Assembly (NCBI GenBank): GCA_031260565.1
Contig: JAISLH010000015.1
Span: 452 to 64,451 of the forward strand
Origin: Bacteroidales bacterium
Lineage (GTDB): Bacteria; Bacteroidota; Bacteroidia; Bacteroidales; P3
Reading direction: 5' to 3'
DNA: 64,000 nucleotides
Numbering within the stretch: position 1 is the first letter of the stretch; each line of letters begins with the position of its first letter. The notes below the pieces were generated by a model. It worked only from the letters and a program-made list of their open reading frames with translations, searched no databases and was not told the origin of the DNA. Positions 27,053 through 36,000 of the stretch are shown here, in pieces. Position numbers and translations under genes: made by a program.

Positions 27053-28603
27053 TTAGCATTTTGCTATGCTGTCTGCAACATTTATGCCGTCAATAGCAGA
27101 GGATGTTATGCCGCCTGCGTAACCTGCTCCCTCACCGCAAGGATATAAGCCACTGACACTTAGACTTGCTAACGTGATGTCGTCCCTCAGTATGCGGACT
27201 GGCGAAGATGTGCGGCTCTCTACGCCAATCAGAGTAGCGTTTTGAGTAATAAATCCGTTCATTCGGCGATTGAATTGTCTAAAACCTTCATTTAATCGTT
27301 GGCAAACGAAGGATGGCAAAATTTGATTGAGGTTTGAGCACACCAAACTGCCGAGATATGATGATGGATTAAGGCTTTGGGATGTTGTATCGGTCAGAAA
27401 ATCAGTCAATCTCTGCCCGTACGCCTGTATTTTGCCGGCGTATGCCCGTGCTTCAACGTCCTGCTGAAATGAAAGCAGGAATAAAGGGTCATCTTTCTTC
27501 ATATCAGTGCGATAAAACTTGGCAACATCACTCTCATTGACCGATACAACGATACCAGCGTTTGCATAAGGAGAATTTCTTAAAGAATTGCTCATCCCAT
27601 TGACCACAGTGTGCCGCTCTTTCGTTGAAGCAGGTATCACAATCCCTCCCGGACACATACAGAATGAGAAAACACCGCCTTCGTTTGTCGTATGGGCGAG
27701 CTGATATGAAGCAGGAGGAAGGTAGATGTTTGGTTTGGTGCTATGATACTGCATTTCATTGATTTGAGCCTGCGAATGCTCAACACGAACTCCCAATGCA
27801 AAAGGTTTAGATGCCATTTTGATGTTGTGTTTGAGCAATATGTCGTAATTTTCCTTTGAGCTGTGCCCGCAGGCGAGGATTATGTTGTTGCAGGTCAGCG
27901 TTTCACCGCTATGAGTCTTTATTCCAATGATTTGATTGTTTGAAATGATGAGGTCTTTCATTGATGTATCAAAGCGATACTCTCCTCCGTAATGCTCAAT
28001 CGTTTGTCTGATGTTTTTAATCACTCGGCTGAGGTTGTCAGTCCCTATGTGAGGGTGAGAATCGAAGAGAATATCGTTGCAGGCTCCGTGTTCAACAAAG
28101 GTTTCCAAGACTTTGGCGATACAACCCCTTTTGTTGGAGCGACTAAACAGCTTTCCGTCAGAAAAAGTCCCTGCTCCACCTTCGCCAAAGCACCAGTTGG
28201 AAGACTGATTGAGCGTTTGGGTGCGGATAATGTTTGCAATTGATATTTTTCTTTGTTCAACCGGCTGTCCCTTTTCAACAATTACCGGCTTGATTCCGTG
28301 CTCTATGAGTCTCAATGCGGCAAAGAGTCCGGCAGGTCCTGCACCTATTATTATGACTTGGCGTTTGGAATCAACGTATTGGTAATTTGTCGGATATTTT
28401 CTTTCATTGATTATTTCTTTATCGCTGACTATCAGCCTCAAACGAATCAATGGAGTTTTTCGAGCGTCAATAGAGCGGCGCAGGATTTTGAAATCTTTTA
28501 TTGAGTCTTTGCTTTGGTGTAATGCTTTGGCGATATGGGCGATACAATTCTCTGAGTCAGAAAAATCTATTGGCGGGATGGTTATTTCAATTTCTCGTTT
28601 CAT
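27053..28603 (-). CDS. FAD-dependent oxidoreductase (COG2509-like)
   Basis: It has the dinucleotide-binding motif VIIIGAGPAGLFAAL. I moved the start to Met30 of the track ORF because a -7 box (28630-28637) lies inside the longer ORF. Confidence 0.7.
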   Translation of the reverse strand: MKREIEITIPPIDFSDSENCIAHIAKALHQSKDSIKDFKILRRSIDARKTPLIRLRLIVSDKEIINERKYPTNYQYVDSKRQVIIIGAGPAGLFAALRLIEHGIKPVIVEKGQPVEQRKISIANIIRTQTLNQSSNWCFGEGGAGTFSDGKLFSRSNKRGCIAKVLETFVEHGACNDILFDSHPHIGTDNLSRVIKNIRQTIEHYGGEYRFDTSMKDLIISNNQIIGIKTHSGETLTCNNIILACGHSSKENYDILLKHNIKMASKPFALGVRVEHSQAQINEMQYHSTKPNIYLPPASYQLAHTTNEGGVFSFCMCPGGIVIPASTKERHTVVNGMSNSLRNSPYANAGIVVSVNESDVAKFYRTDMKKDDPLFLLSFQQDVEARAYAGKIQAYGQRLTDFLTDTTSQSLNPSSYLGSLVCSNLNQILPSFVCQRLNEGFRQFNRRMNGFITQNATLIGVESRTSSPVRILRDDITLASLSVSGLYPCGEGAGYAGGITSSAIDGINVADSIAKC

Positions 28604-28629
28604 TGTCCTAAAATAATTAGTTGGAGTGG

Positions 28630-28637
28630 CAAAATTA
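28630..28637 (-). promoter_or_regulatory. -7 promoter box (TAATTTTG)
   Basis: TAnnTTTG lies 27 nt upstream of the ATG at 28603. Confidence 0.45.
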
Positions 28638-28678
28638 CAAAAAAATAATGCGGATGTTCGTTTTGTTGGTTTTTTTTG

Positions 28679-28686
28679 TACTTTTG
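28679..28686 (+). promoter_or_regulatory. -7 promoter box (TACTTTTG) for fabG-dnaG
   Basis: TAnnTTTG lies 26 nt upstream of the ATG at 28712. Confidence 0.5.
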
Positions 28687-28711
28687 CCACTTCAAATAAA
28701 CATATTAAAAG

Positions 28712-29437
28712 ATGAGATTAAAGAATAAAGTGGCTATTATCACCGGTGGAGCCGCCGGAATTGGCGAAGCAACTGCGATAAAGTTTGCAAACGAGGGCGC
28801 AAATGTTGTAATCTGGGATTTGGATGAAGGACGTGGCAACGCACTTGCTCAAAAAATCGGGGCAATGTTTCAAAAGGTTAATACGGCTAAGTACAATGAG
28901 ATAGCGGATGCAGCAAAGGTTGTGGCGGATAAGTTAGGCAGGATTGACATTCTTATAAACAATGCAGGGATTACAAGAGATGCTACACTGAAGAAAATGA
29001 CTATGGAGCAGTGGCAACAAGTTATTGACGTGAATCTGACAGGTGTCTTCGCATGTATTAAAGTTGTTAGCGAGTATATGCTAATCAATGGCTGGGGACG
29101 CATAGTTAATGCGTCATCTGTGGTAGGTATTTACGGGAATTTTGGACAGACTAACTACGTTGCAACAAAGGCTGGGCTGATTGGAATGACTAAGACGCTG
29201 GCTCGCGAACTTGGACGAAAGGGTATTACGGTTAATTGCGTGGCTCCGGGATTTATTGCAACAGATATGGTAGCTGCGATGCCAGATAACGTAATTGAGG
29301 GGATGAAGTCAAAAGTCCCATTAGGCAGATTGGGAGATCCTGCCGAGATAGCAAACGCTTATTGTTTTTTATCTTCGGATGAGGCAAGTTACATTAACGG
29401 TCACACGCTTTCGGTTGATGGAGGAATGACGGTATAA
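28712..29437 (+). CDS. fabG: 3-oxoacyl-ACP reductase (SDR family)
   Basis: It has TGGAAGIG, NNAGI and YVATKAG (catalytic YxxxK) motifs, at 241 aa. Confidence 0.8.
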   Translation: MRLKNKVAIITGGAAGIGEATAIKFANEGANVVIWDLDEGRGNALAQKIGAMFQKVNTAKYNEIADAAKVVADKLGRIDILINNAGITRDATLKKMTMEQWQQVIDVNLTGVFACIKVVSEYMLINGWGRIVNASSVVGIYGNFGQTNYVATKAGLIGMTKTLARELGRKGITVNCVAPGFIATDMVAAMPDNVIEGMKSKVPLGRLGDPAEIANAYCFLSSDEASYINGHTLSVDGGMTV

Positions 29438-29449
29438 GGAAGACTTGCG

Positions 29450-31435
29450 GTGATAAAGCAGGAAGATAAAGAGAGGATTCTTCAGGCGACAGATATAGTT
29501 GATGTTGTCAGTCAATTCGTTCAGTTAAGGCGGAGAGGCGTTAATCACATTGGCTTATGCCCTTTTCATAATGAGAAGACACCTTCTTTCAATGTCAATT
29601 CAGCACGAGGAATCTTCAAGTGCTTTGGCTGTGGTGAAGGCGGGGATGCAGTAACCTTTCTGATGAAGCACGAACATTTCACTTACCCTGAAGCATTGAA
29701 GTGGCTGGCTAATCGTTATGGGATACCGATTGAAGAAGAACAACAGACACCTGAGGCCATTGCTAATCAGAGTGAAAGAGAAGCCTTGTTTGCTGCGAAC
29801 GAATGCGCACAGAAATACTTTCATCAAACACTGCTAAATGACCAAAATGGGCAAGCCATAGGCTTGAGTTACTTCCGTGAACGAGAGATAAATCAGGAGT
29901 CAATCAAGCAATGGGGACTTGGTTATTGCAAAGATAGCTGGACAGATTTCACAGACTATGCCACAAAGCAAGGTTATAGTGTTGAGATGCTTGTAAAGGC
30001 TGGGCTAACTGTTGAAAAGGAGGGAACGGATAAGCGTTATGATAGATTTAGGGGACGAGTTATGTTTCCAATCTATTCGGTTAGTGGTCGCCCTATTGGT
30101 TTCACGGGTAGGATTCTAACATCTGACAAGACAAAGGCTAAATATGTCAATAGTCCTGAAAGTCTTATTTACTCCAAAGGGAAGGTTCTTTTCGGTCTTC
30201 ATTTGGCTAAAAATCATATTGCAAAAGAAGACCGCTGTTATTTGGTGGAAGGCAATATGGATGCAGTGATGATGAGTCAGCAAGGAGTGAAAAACGTTGT
30301 GGCAACCAGCGGAACGGCTTTGACGGAAGACCAGATAAGGCTCTTGAAACGCTATAGCTCCAATGTAACTATTCTTTATGATGGGGACGCTGCAGGTATT
30401 CACGCTGCCTTTCGGGCGATAGATATGTTTCTATCGGCAGGCTTAAAGGTTAAAATAGTGCTTTTCCCTGATGGAGACGACCCTGATTCTTTTGCAAGAA
30501 AGAATACTCAGGCGGAATTTCAGCGTTACATAACAGAAGAGGCACACGATTTCATTATCTTCAAGACTAATTTACTGCTTGCCGATGCACAAGATGACCC
30601 TATCAAACGGGCGGCTCTTGTGAAGGAAATCCTTGTGTCAATTAGTAAGATACCCGACACCATAGAGCGAACGGCATATATCCAGCAATGCTCCTCTTTG
30701 TTGAAGATGAAGGAAGATATGCTGACAAAGGAGTTGGCAAAAATACTCCGCACGAACATCTTAAAACAACATTCTTCAGAAGAACAACAGGCAACGGAGC
30801 AATCAAATACATATTCACCCGAACCTTTTTTTTCAACACGGCAACAGATTGAAGACCCTTACCCTGACGACAATCAGGAGAGAGGTATCATTAAACTACT
30901 TCTTAATTATAGCGATCGCTCCACGCGACAAGCGGTGATAATAGACGAACAAGGCACAATAGAAACACAGACTTTTATGATTGTGGCTTATGTCATCTCC
31001 GACTTGAAAAACGAAAGCATAGCATTTGATAACCCTATATGGCAGGGAATTTTGGATATATTTTATCAATACATTCAAAGCAACAATGCCTTACCTGACA
31101 TAAGCCTTTTCACATCATCAGACAATGAAACACTACGCAAAGAAACGGCATCTCTTTTATTAGAAGAAGAAAAATATAGTATCAGTCCGCTCTGGCAGGA
31201 TAAATCTGAATTAAAAACACTCGACCGCTTCAATCCAGATGTCGTAGATGACCACGTAAAGCAGACATTATTATATCTAAAATGGCATAAGTTAGAACAA
31301 AGACAAACCCAAATTCTTTCCCAATTAAAGCATACCGACAGCCAAGAGTCTATGCAAGCTCTGCTCGGCGAAGTGAAAACTATCAACAGCGGAATACAGA
31401 TTATCCGCAAGGAACTTCATAATATAGCCAAGTAG
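29450..31435 (+). CDS. dnaG: DNA primase
   Basis: It has the zinc finger CPFHNEKTPSFNV...FKCFGCGEGGD and a TOPRIM region (EGNMD...LYDGDAAG). The start is GTG. Confidence 0.9.
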   Translation: MIKQEDKERILQATDIVDVVSQFVQLRRRGVNHIGLCPFHNEKTPSFNVNSARGIFKCFGCGEGGDAVTFLMKHEHFTYPEALKWLANRYGIPIEEEQQTPEAIANQSEREALFAANECAQKYFHQTLLNDQNGQAIGLSYFREREINQESIKQWGLGYCKDSWTDFTDYATKQGYSVEMLVKAGLTVEKEGTDKRYDRFRGRVMFPIYSVSGRPIGFTGRILTSDKTKAKYVNSPESLIYSKGKVLFGLHLAKNHIAKEDRCYLVEGNMDAVMMSQQGVKNVVATSGTALTEDQIRLLKRYSSNVTILYDGDAAGIHAAFRAIDMFLSAGLKVKIVLFPDGDDPDSFARKNTQAEFQRYITEEAHDFIIFKTNLLLADAQDDPIKRAALVKEILVSISKIPDTIERTAYIQQCSSLLKMKEDMLTKELAKILRTNILKQHSSEEQQATEQSNTYSPEPFFSTRQQIEDPYPDDNQERGIIKLLLNYSDRSTRQAVIIDEQGTIETQTFMIVAYVISDLKNESIAFDNPIWQGILDIFYQYIQSNNALPDISLFTSSDNETLRKETASLLLEEEKYSISPLWQDKSELKTLDRFNPDVVDDHVKQTLLYLKWHKLEQRQTQILSQLKHTDSQESMQALLGEVKTINSGIQIIRKELHNIAK

Positions 31436-31440
31436 TCTTC

Positions 31441-32676
31441 TTAGTCTTCCGGCACTACAATAGGAAAGTCGTAATCAAAGTCAGGGTGGCAAGGCTCGCC
31501 TATTATTCTTTTAAGAAAATCTACATACATCGGCGTAAAACGAAACGTATTAGCGTCAAAATACTCCTCAGGCAGAGCGCGGTTACCTATTGAACCCATA
31601 TCAATAGATGAGCAGTTAAACTCCTCCAATTCCTGATAAGTACAGACACGATTTAAGACCGGCATTTGACCATACTGCTCCCGAAGAAGCAAATCAACAA
31701 CCTTGTCGGCAAGCGTCTGAGTTAAACGCCTGTCATATTCACTGCACATACCGCCTCGTGGGTAATAGCCTGTGATTTGAGCCCTTGCGTCAATCTTTAA
31801 TTTGGTAGCAATCTCCGAAGCAATCAATCCACTGATGCCTCCCAAACGTGCATGCCCGTACTCGTCCTGTTCGTTGGAAGCATTGACAACTTCACACCTG
31901 CCACTTTCGTCATTGAACCAACGGACACCTTCGGAGACTGGAATAATTAAGGTTTTCTTTGTATTTCTTAGATACGTTTCTCTCACCATTTCAAAGAAAA
32001 AATCCTTTCGCTCTTTGTTCATTTCCACCTCAGGCACAAGACAGATGTCGCCAGAGCCAAAAACACCTGCTCCCGTCAGCCAACCGGCATCGCGACCCAT
32101 AACTTCCATAACCATAATTCTTGAATGGCTTTCGGCAGTAGTCTTCAAGCGTGAAGCAAAGTCCGCAATACCTTTGGCAGCAGTCGGAAAACCGGGACAG
32201 ATAACTGCATCAACGGTCTTATCTCCAAAAGTATGCCAAGTCTTTGTCCGCAAATCGTTATCAATCGTTTTAGGAAAGCCAATGACTGGGATACCCTCTT
32301 GTTCATATAGTTTTTTGGCTGCCCCGTTAGTATCATCACCGCCGATAGTTACAAGAACATCTATCTTATAACGCCGAAAATTTTTCAACACTTGCGGCAC
32401 GCGGTCTTCGGTGTTTTTCTTTGAAGGGAAGGGGTTAGTCCTTGACGAGCGTAAAGCCGTGCCACCATATAATCCATTGTATGTTTGATTGCTCAAATCC
32501 ACAATATCACCTTCGCCCAGTAAGCCTTTCCAGCCCTGACGCACGCCATAGACCTTGAAGCCGAGCATTGACGCCCGATTCCTTACCGCTTCAATACTTG
32601 AATTGATTGCAGGAGTATCACCTCCGCCACTAAGAATAGCAATAGTTTTGCCGTTGAATAACTTGTGTTCTCTCAT
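31441..32676 (-). CDS. pfp: 6-phosphofructokinase, PPi-dependent type by motif
   Basis: It has GGDTPAINS, TIGGDDTNGA (Asp instead of Gly) and PKTIDNDL (Lys instead of Gly). I moved the start to Met19 because the -7 box at 32700-32707 lies inside the longer ORF. Confidence 0.75.
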   Translation of the reverse strand: MREHKLFNGKTIAILSGGGDTPAINSSIEAVRNRASMLGFKVYGVRQGWKGLLGEGDIVDLSNQTYNGLYGGTALRSSRTNPFPSKKNTEDRVPQVLKNFRRYKIDVLVTIGGDDTNGAAKKLYEQEGIPVIGFPKTIDNDLRTKTWHTFGDKTVDAVICPGFPTAAKGIADFASRLKTTAESHSRIMVMEVMGRDAGWLTGAGVFGSGDICLVPEVEMNKERKDFFFEMVRETYLRNTKKTLIIPVSEGVRWFNDESGRCEVVNASNEQDEYGHARLGGISGLIASEIATKLKIDARAQITGYYPRGGMCSEYDRRLTQTLADKVVDLLLREQYGQMPVLNRVCTYQELEEFNCSSIDMGSIGNRALPEEYFDANTFRFTPMYVDFLKRIIGEPCHPDFDYDFPIVVPED

Positions 32677-32699
32677 TATTTTAGCATATTTAGAAAGTG

Positions 32700-32707
32700 C
32701 AAAAATA
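32700..32707 (-). promoter_or_regulatory. -7 promoter box (TATTTTTG)
   Basis: TAnnTTTG lies 24 nt upstream of the ATG at 32676. Confidence 0.45.
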
Positions 32708-32835
32708 CAACTTTTATTCAATACAACCAAAAAAACGCTTATTTTACTAAAAACAAGTATCCGTTTTCTCAGTGGTCTATATTTTTCAATAAATAGCTAA
32801 TACATTTTGGAGATAAGAAGGATGAATTTATCAAA

Positions 32836-32929
32836 ATGCCACTTCATTTTTCTAAAGCGGCGTTTCGTGACGCTGAAACGCCACTTTAGCGTCACGAAAC
32901 GCCGCTTTAGGAAAATGAGGCAGAGTTTC
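32836..32929. repeat. Family-A palindromic element, copy 4 (central box inverted)
   Basis: It has the same 23-bp stems as copies 2 and 6 (32852-32874 / 32888-32910). Its loop reads gaaacgccacttt, the reverse complement of the loop in copies 2 and 6. Confidence 0.95.
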
Positions 32930-33003
32930 ATTTCAATCAAGCAAAAAAAAGAAAAGGACAGATTTGCACCTGCCCTTTTCTAATTCAAGCCTTAACGGTT
33001 TAT

Positions 33004-36000
33004 TTATTTATTGACAATCAACTTTTGTGTTCTGTTGATGTCATTGTTCAGTATTCTAACGTAGTAAGTGCCTGCTGCATAATGCTCAACATCTATTGCC
33101 AATATCGTCTGGTTTGCTTTGATGTCAGTCTTTGCAATTACCTTGCCCGTAAGGTCGGTGATTGTAATCTGTGCATCGTCTCTCAAACCTGCTATTGACA
33201 AGGTTGCGGTATGCGTTGCAGGATTTGGATAGATGTTTATTGCTACTGCATCAATATCAACGTCAGACAGACCATTGCCATCACAAGTAGTAAATTGCTT
33301 CTCTACTCCATAATAAGCAACACTTCCAACCTTAGCATAAGCTACGTAGAAGTAGTTATCGCCATAATTGAAGCCAGTAGCAGTTGCCGTCATAGTCGTT
33401 CCAACAACAGGCATATTTGACGCAGCAATCGTTCCGTTATCAACCGTTAAGCCGGCAGTAGTACCATAAATGAAGCCAAATTCTGTTGCCATTGGTGTGC
33501 CTACGTTGGTTATCGTTCCTGCGAAATAAACTACAACGTCACTAACGCAAGTTACCGTAGCCGTATCAGTTACAACAACAGGATTCATGCCCTGCATTAG
33601 GAAGGTTAATTCACTACCATAAGTTGTGCCGCTGGCTGTTGTGGCATAAGCTTTGAAAGTATAGCTTGTGTTCGGTGTTAAAGCGGTAAGGTTAGCGGTT
33701 ATATCCGTTGTACCTGTGGCTGCTATAGTTTGCCATGAAGATGCGGTGCTTACTTTATATTCAAAACCTCTTGCTGTTATGGTTTCTGTCCCTGCGGCTG
33801 TTGTGCCGTTGAGTGTGGCTGTCGTATTAGTTATCTCTGTTGCGGCAAGAGTTGTTACCGTTGGAGGTGTATGCTGTAAAGTTGTAAAGGTTTGCTCACT
33901 GCCGTAAGTTGTACCGCTGGCTGTGGTAGCAGAAGCTCTGAAAGTATAGCTTGTGTTCGGTGTTAGAGCAGTAAGGTTGGCGGTTATAGTTGTTGTACCT
34001 GTAGCGGTAATAGTTTGCCATGAAGAAGCAGTGCTTACTTTATATTGAAAGCCTCTTGCTGTTATGGTTTCTGTCCCTGCGGCTGTTGTGCCGTTGAGTG
34101 TGGCTGTCGTATTAGTTATTGATGTTGCTGCAAGAGTTGTTACCGTTGGAGGGGTATGCTGCAAAGTTGTAAAGGTTTGCTCGCTGCCGTAAGTTGCACC
34201 GCTGGCTGTTGTGGCAGAAGCTCTAAAAGTATAGCTTGTGTTTGGTGTTAAAGAAGTAAGAGCGGCGGTTATATTCGTCGTGCCTGTGGCGGTAATAGTT
34301 TGCCATGAAGATGCGGTGCTTACTTTGTATTGAAAGCCTCTTGCTGTTATGGTTTGCGTGCCTGCGGTTGTTGTACCGTTGAGGGTAGCTGTCGTATTAG
34401 TTATTGCTGTTGTGGCAAGGGTTGTTACCGTTGGAGGGGTATGCGTTGTGCTAAAGGTTAATTCGCTGCCGTAAGTTGTGCCGCTGGCTGTTGTGGCAGA
34501 AGCTCTAAAAGTATAGCTTGTGTTCGGTGTTAAAGCAGTAAGGTTAGCGGTTATTGTCGTTGTGCCTGTGGCGGTAATAGTTTGCCATGAAGATGCGGTG
34601 CTTACTTTGTATTGAAAGCCTCTTGCTGTTATGGTTTGTGTGCCTGCGGCTGTTGTGCCGTTGAGTGTGGCTGTTGTATTAGTTATTGTTGAGGCGGCAA
34701 GAGTTGTTATTACTGGAGGTGTATGTTGCGTGGTAAAGGTTAATTCGCTGCCATAAGTTGTTCCGCTGGCTGTGGTAGCAGAAGCTCTGAAAGTATAGCT
34801 TGTGTTCGGGGTTAAAGCAGTAAGGTTAGCGGTTATTGTCGTTGTGCCTGTGGCTGCTATAGTTTGCCATGAAGAGGCGGTGCTTACTTTGTATTGAAAA
34901 CCTCTTGCTGTTATGGTTTGTGTGCCTGCGGTTGTTGTACCGTTGAGTGTGGCTGTTGTTTGGGTTATTGATGTCGCTGCAAGGGTTGTTACCGTTGGAG
35001 GGGTAATGAATTGTGTGATGGCTATATCATCTAAATACATATTGTAGCCATACTGAGAAAGTGCCTTAAAGACTATGTATTTTGTACCACTTAAAGCTGA
35101 AGGTATGGTATATGAAATGGAATCCCAACCTGCTGTTCCCATATTTGAAACGAAGCCTAACAATGTTCCGCCAACCGTATCAGGTGTTGAATTAACATAA
35201 ACATAAACTCCTTCGTTAGCGGATGAATAACTTCCTGTATATTTGTAAAACCAGAAAGACAGAAGCATATTTCCAGATAAGCTTATTTGAGGAGAAGCCA
35301 TTGTTGTCCATGCTCCTACTTGATTCTGGCTGTCATAGCTTGCATATTTAGCCATATTACTACCACCGTGAGGGGCACAAGTAGGAGTGACTCCCGTTGT
35401 TACTATTTGCCAATAAGTATTTGCAGCTGCTCCTGACGAAGCTAATGTCCAGCAACCAAAACCATTTTCAAAGCCCTCTGTATATGGAAAAATTGTTACC
35501 GAAGAGCAAAGAGTTGTAAAGGATTGCTCTTCTCCATAATAAGTGCTTCCAGCTACCGTTGCATAGGCTCTGAAAGTATAAGTGGTACTTGGTGTTAGAG
35601 CAGTGAGGTTAGCAGTTATGGTTGTTGTTCCTGTGGCTGCAATAGTTTGCCATGAAGATGCAGTGCTTGCTTTGTATTGAAAACCTCTTGCCGTTATTGT
35701 TTGGGTTGAAGAAATAGCTCCGTTAAGTGTTGCTGTGTTTGCGGTAACAGATGTTGCGGCATAAGTTACAACAGCAGTAGTTCCCAATGCACTTTGGATA
35801 CCAGCAAGGGCGTTAATTTTACCATAACCCCATGTGTTATTAGGAACAGAAGAGGTATAGCTATCGGTTATTGATGTTGTTTGTAATATTGTTTTGACTT
35901 GTGAAGGAGTTAATGAAGGATTTGCCTGCAACCACAAAGCTATAACCCCTGCAACAAAAGGGCTTGACATAGATGTTCCCGAAGCAGTACCATAGTACCA

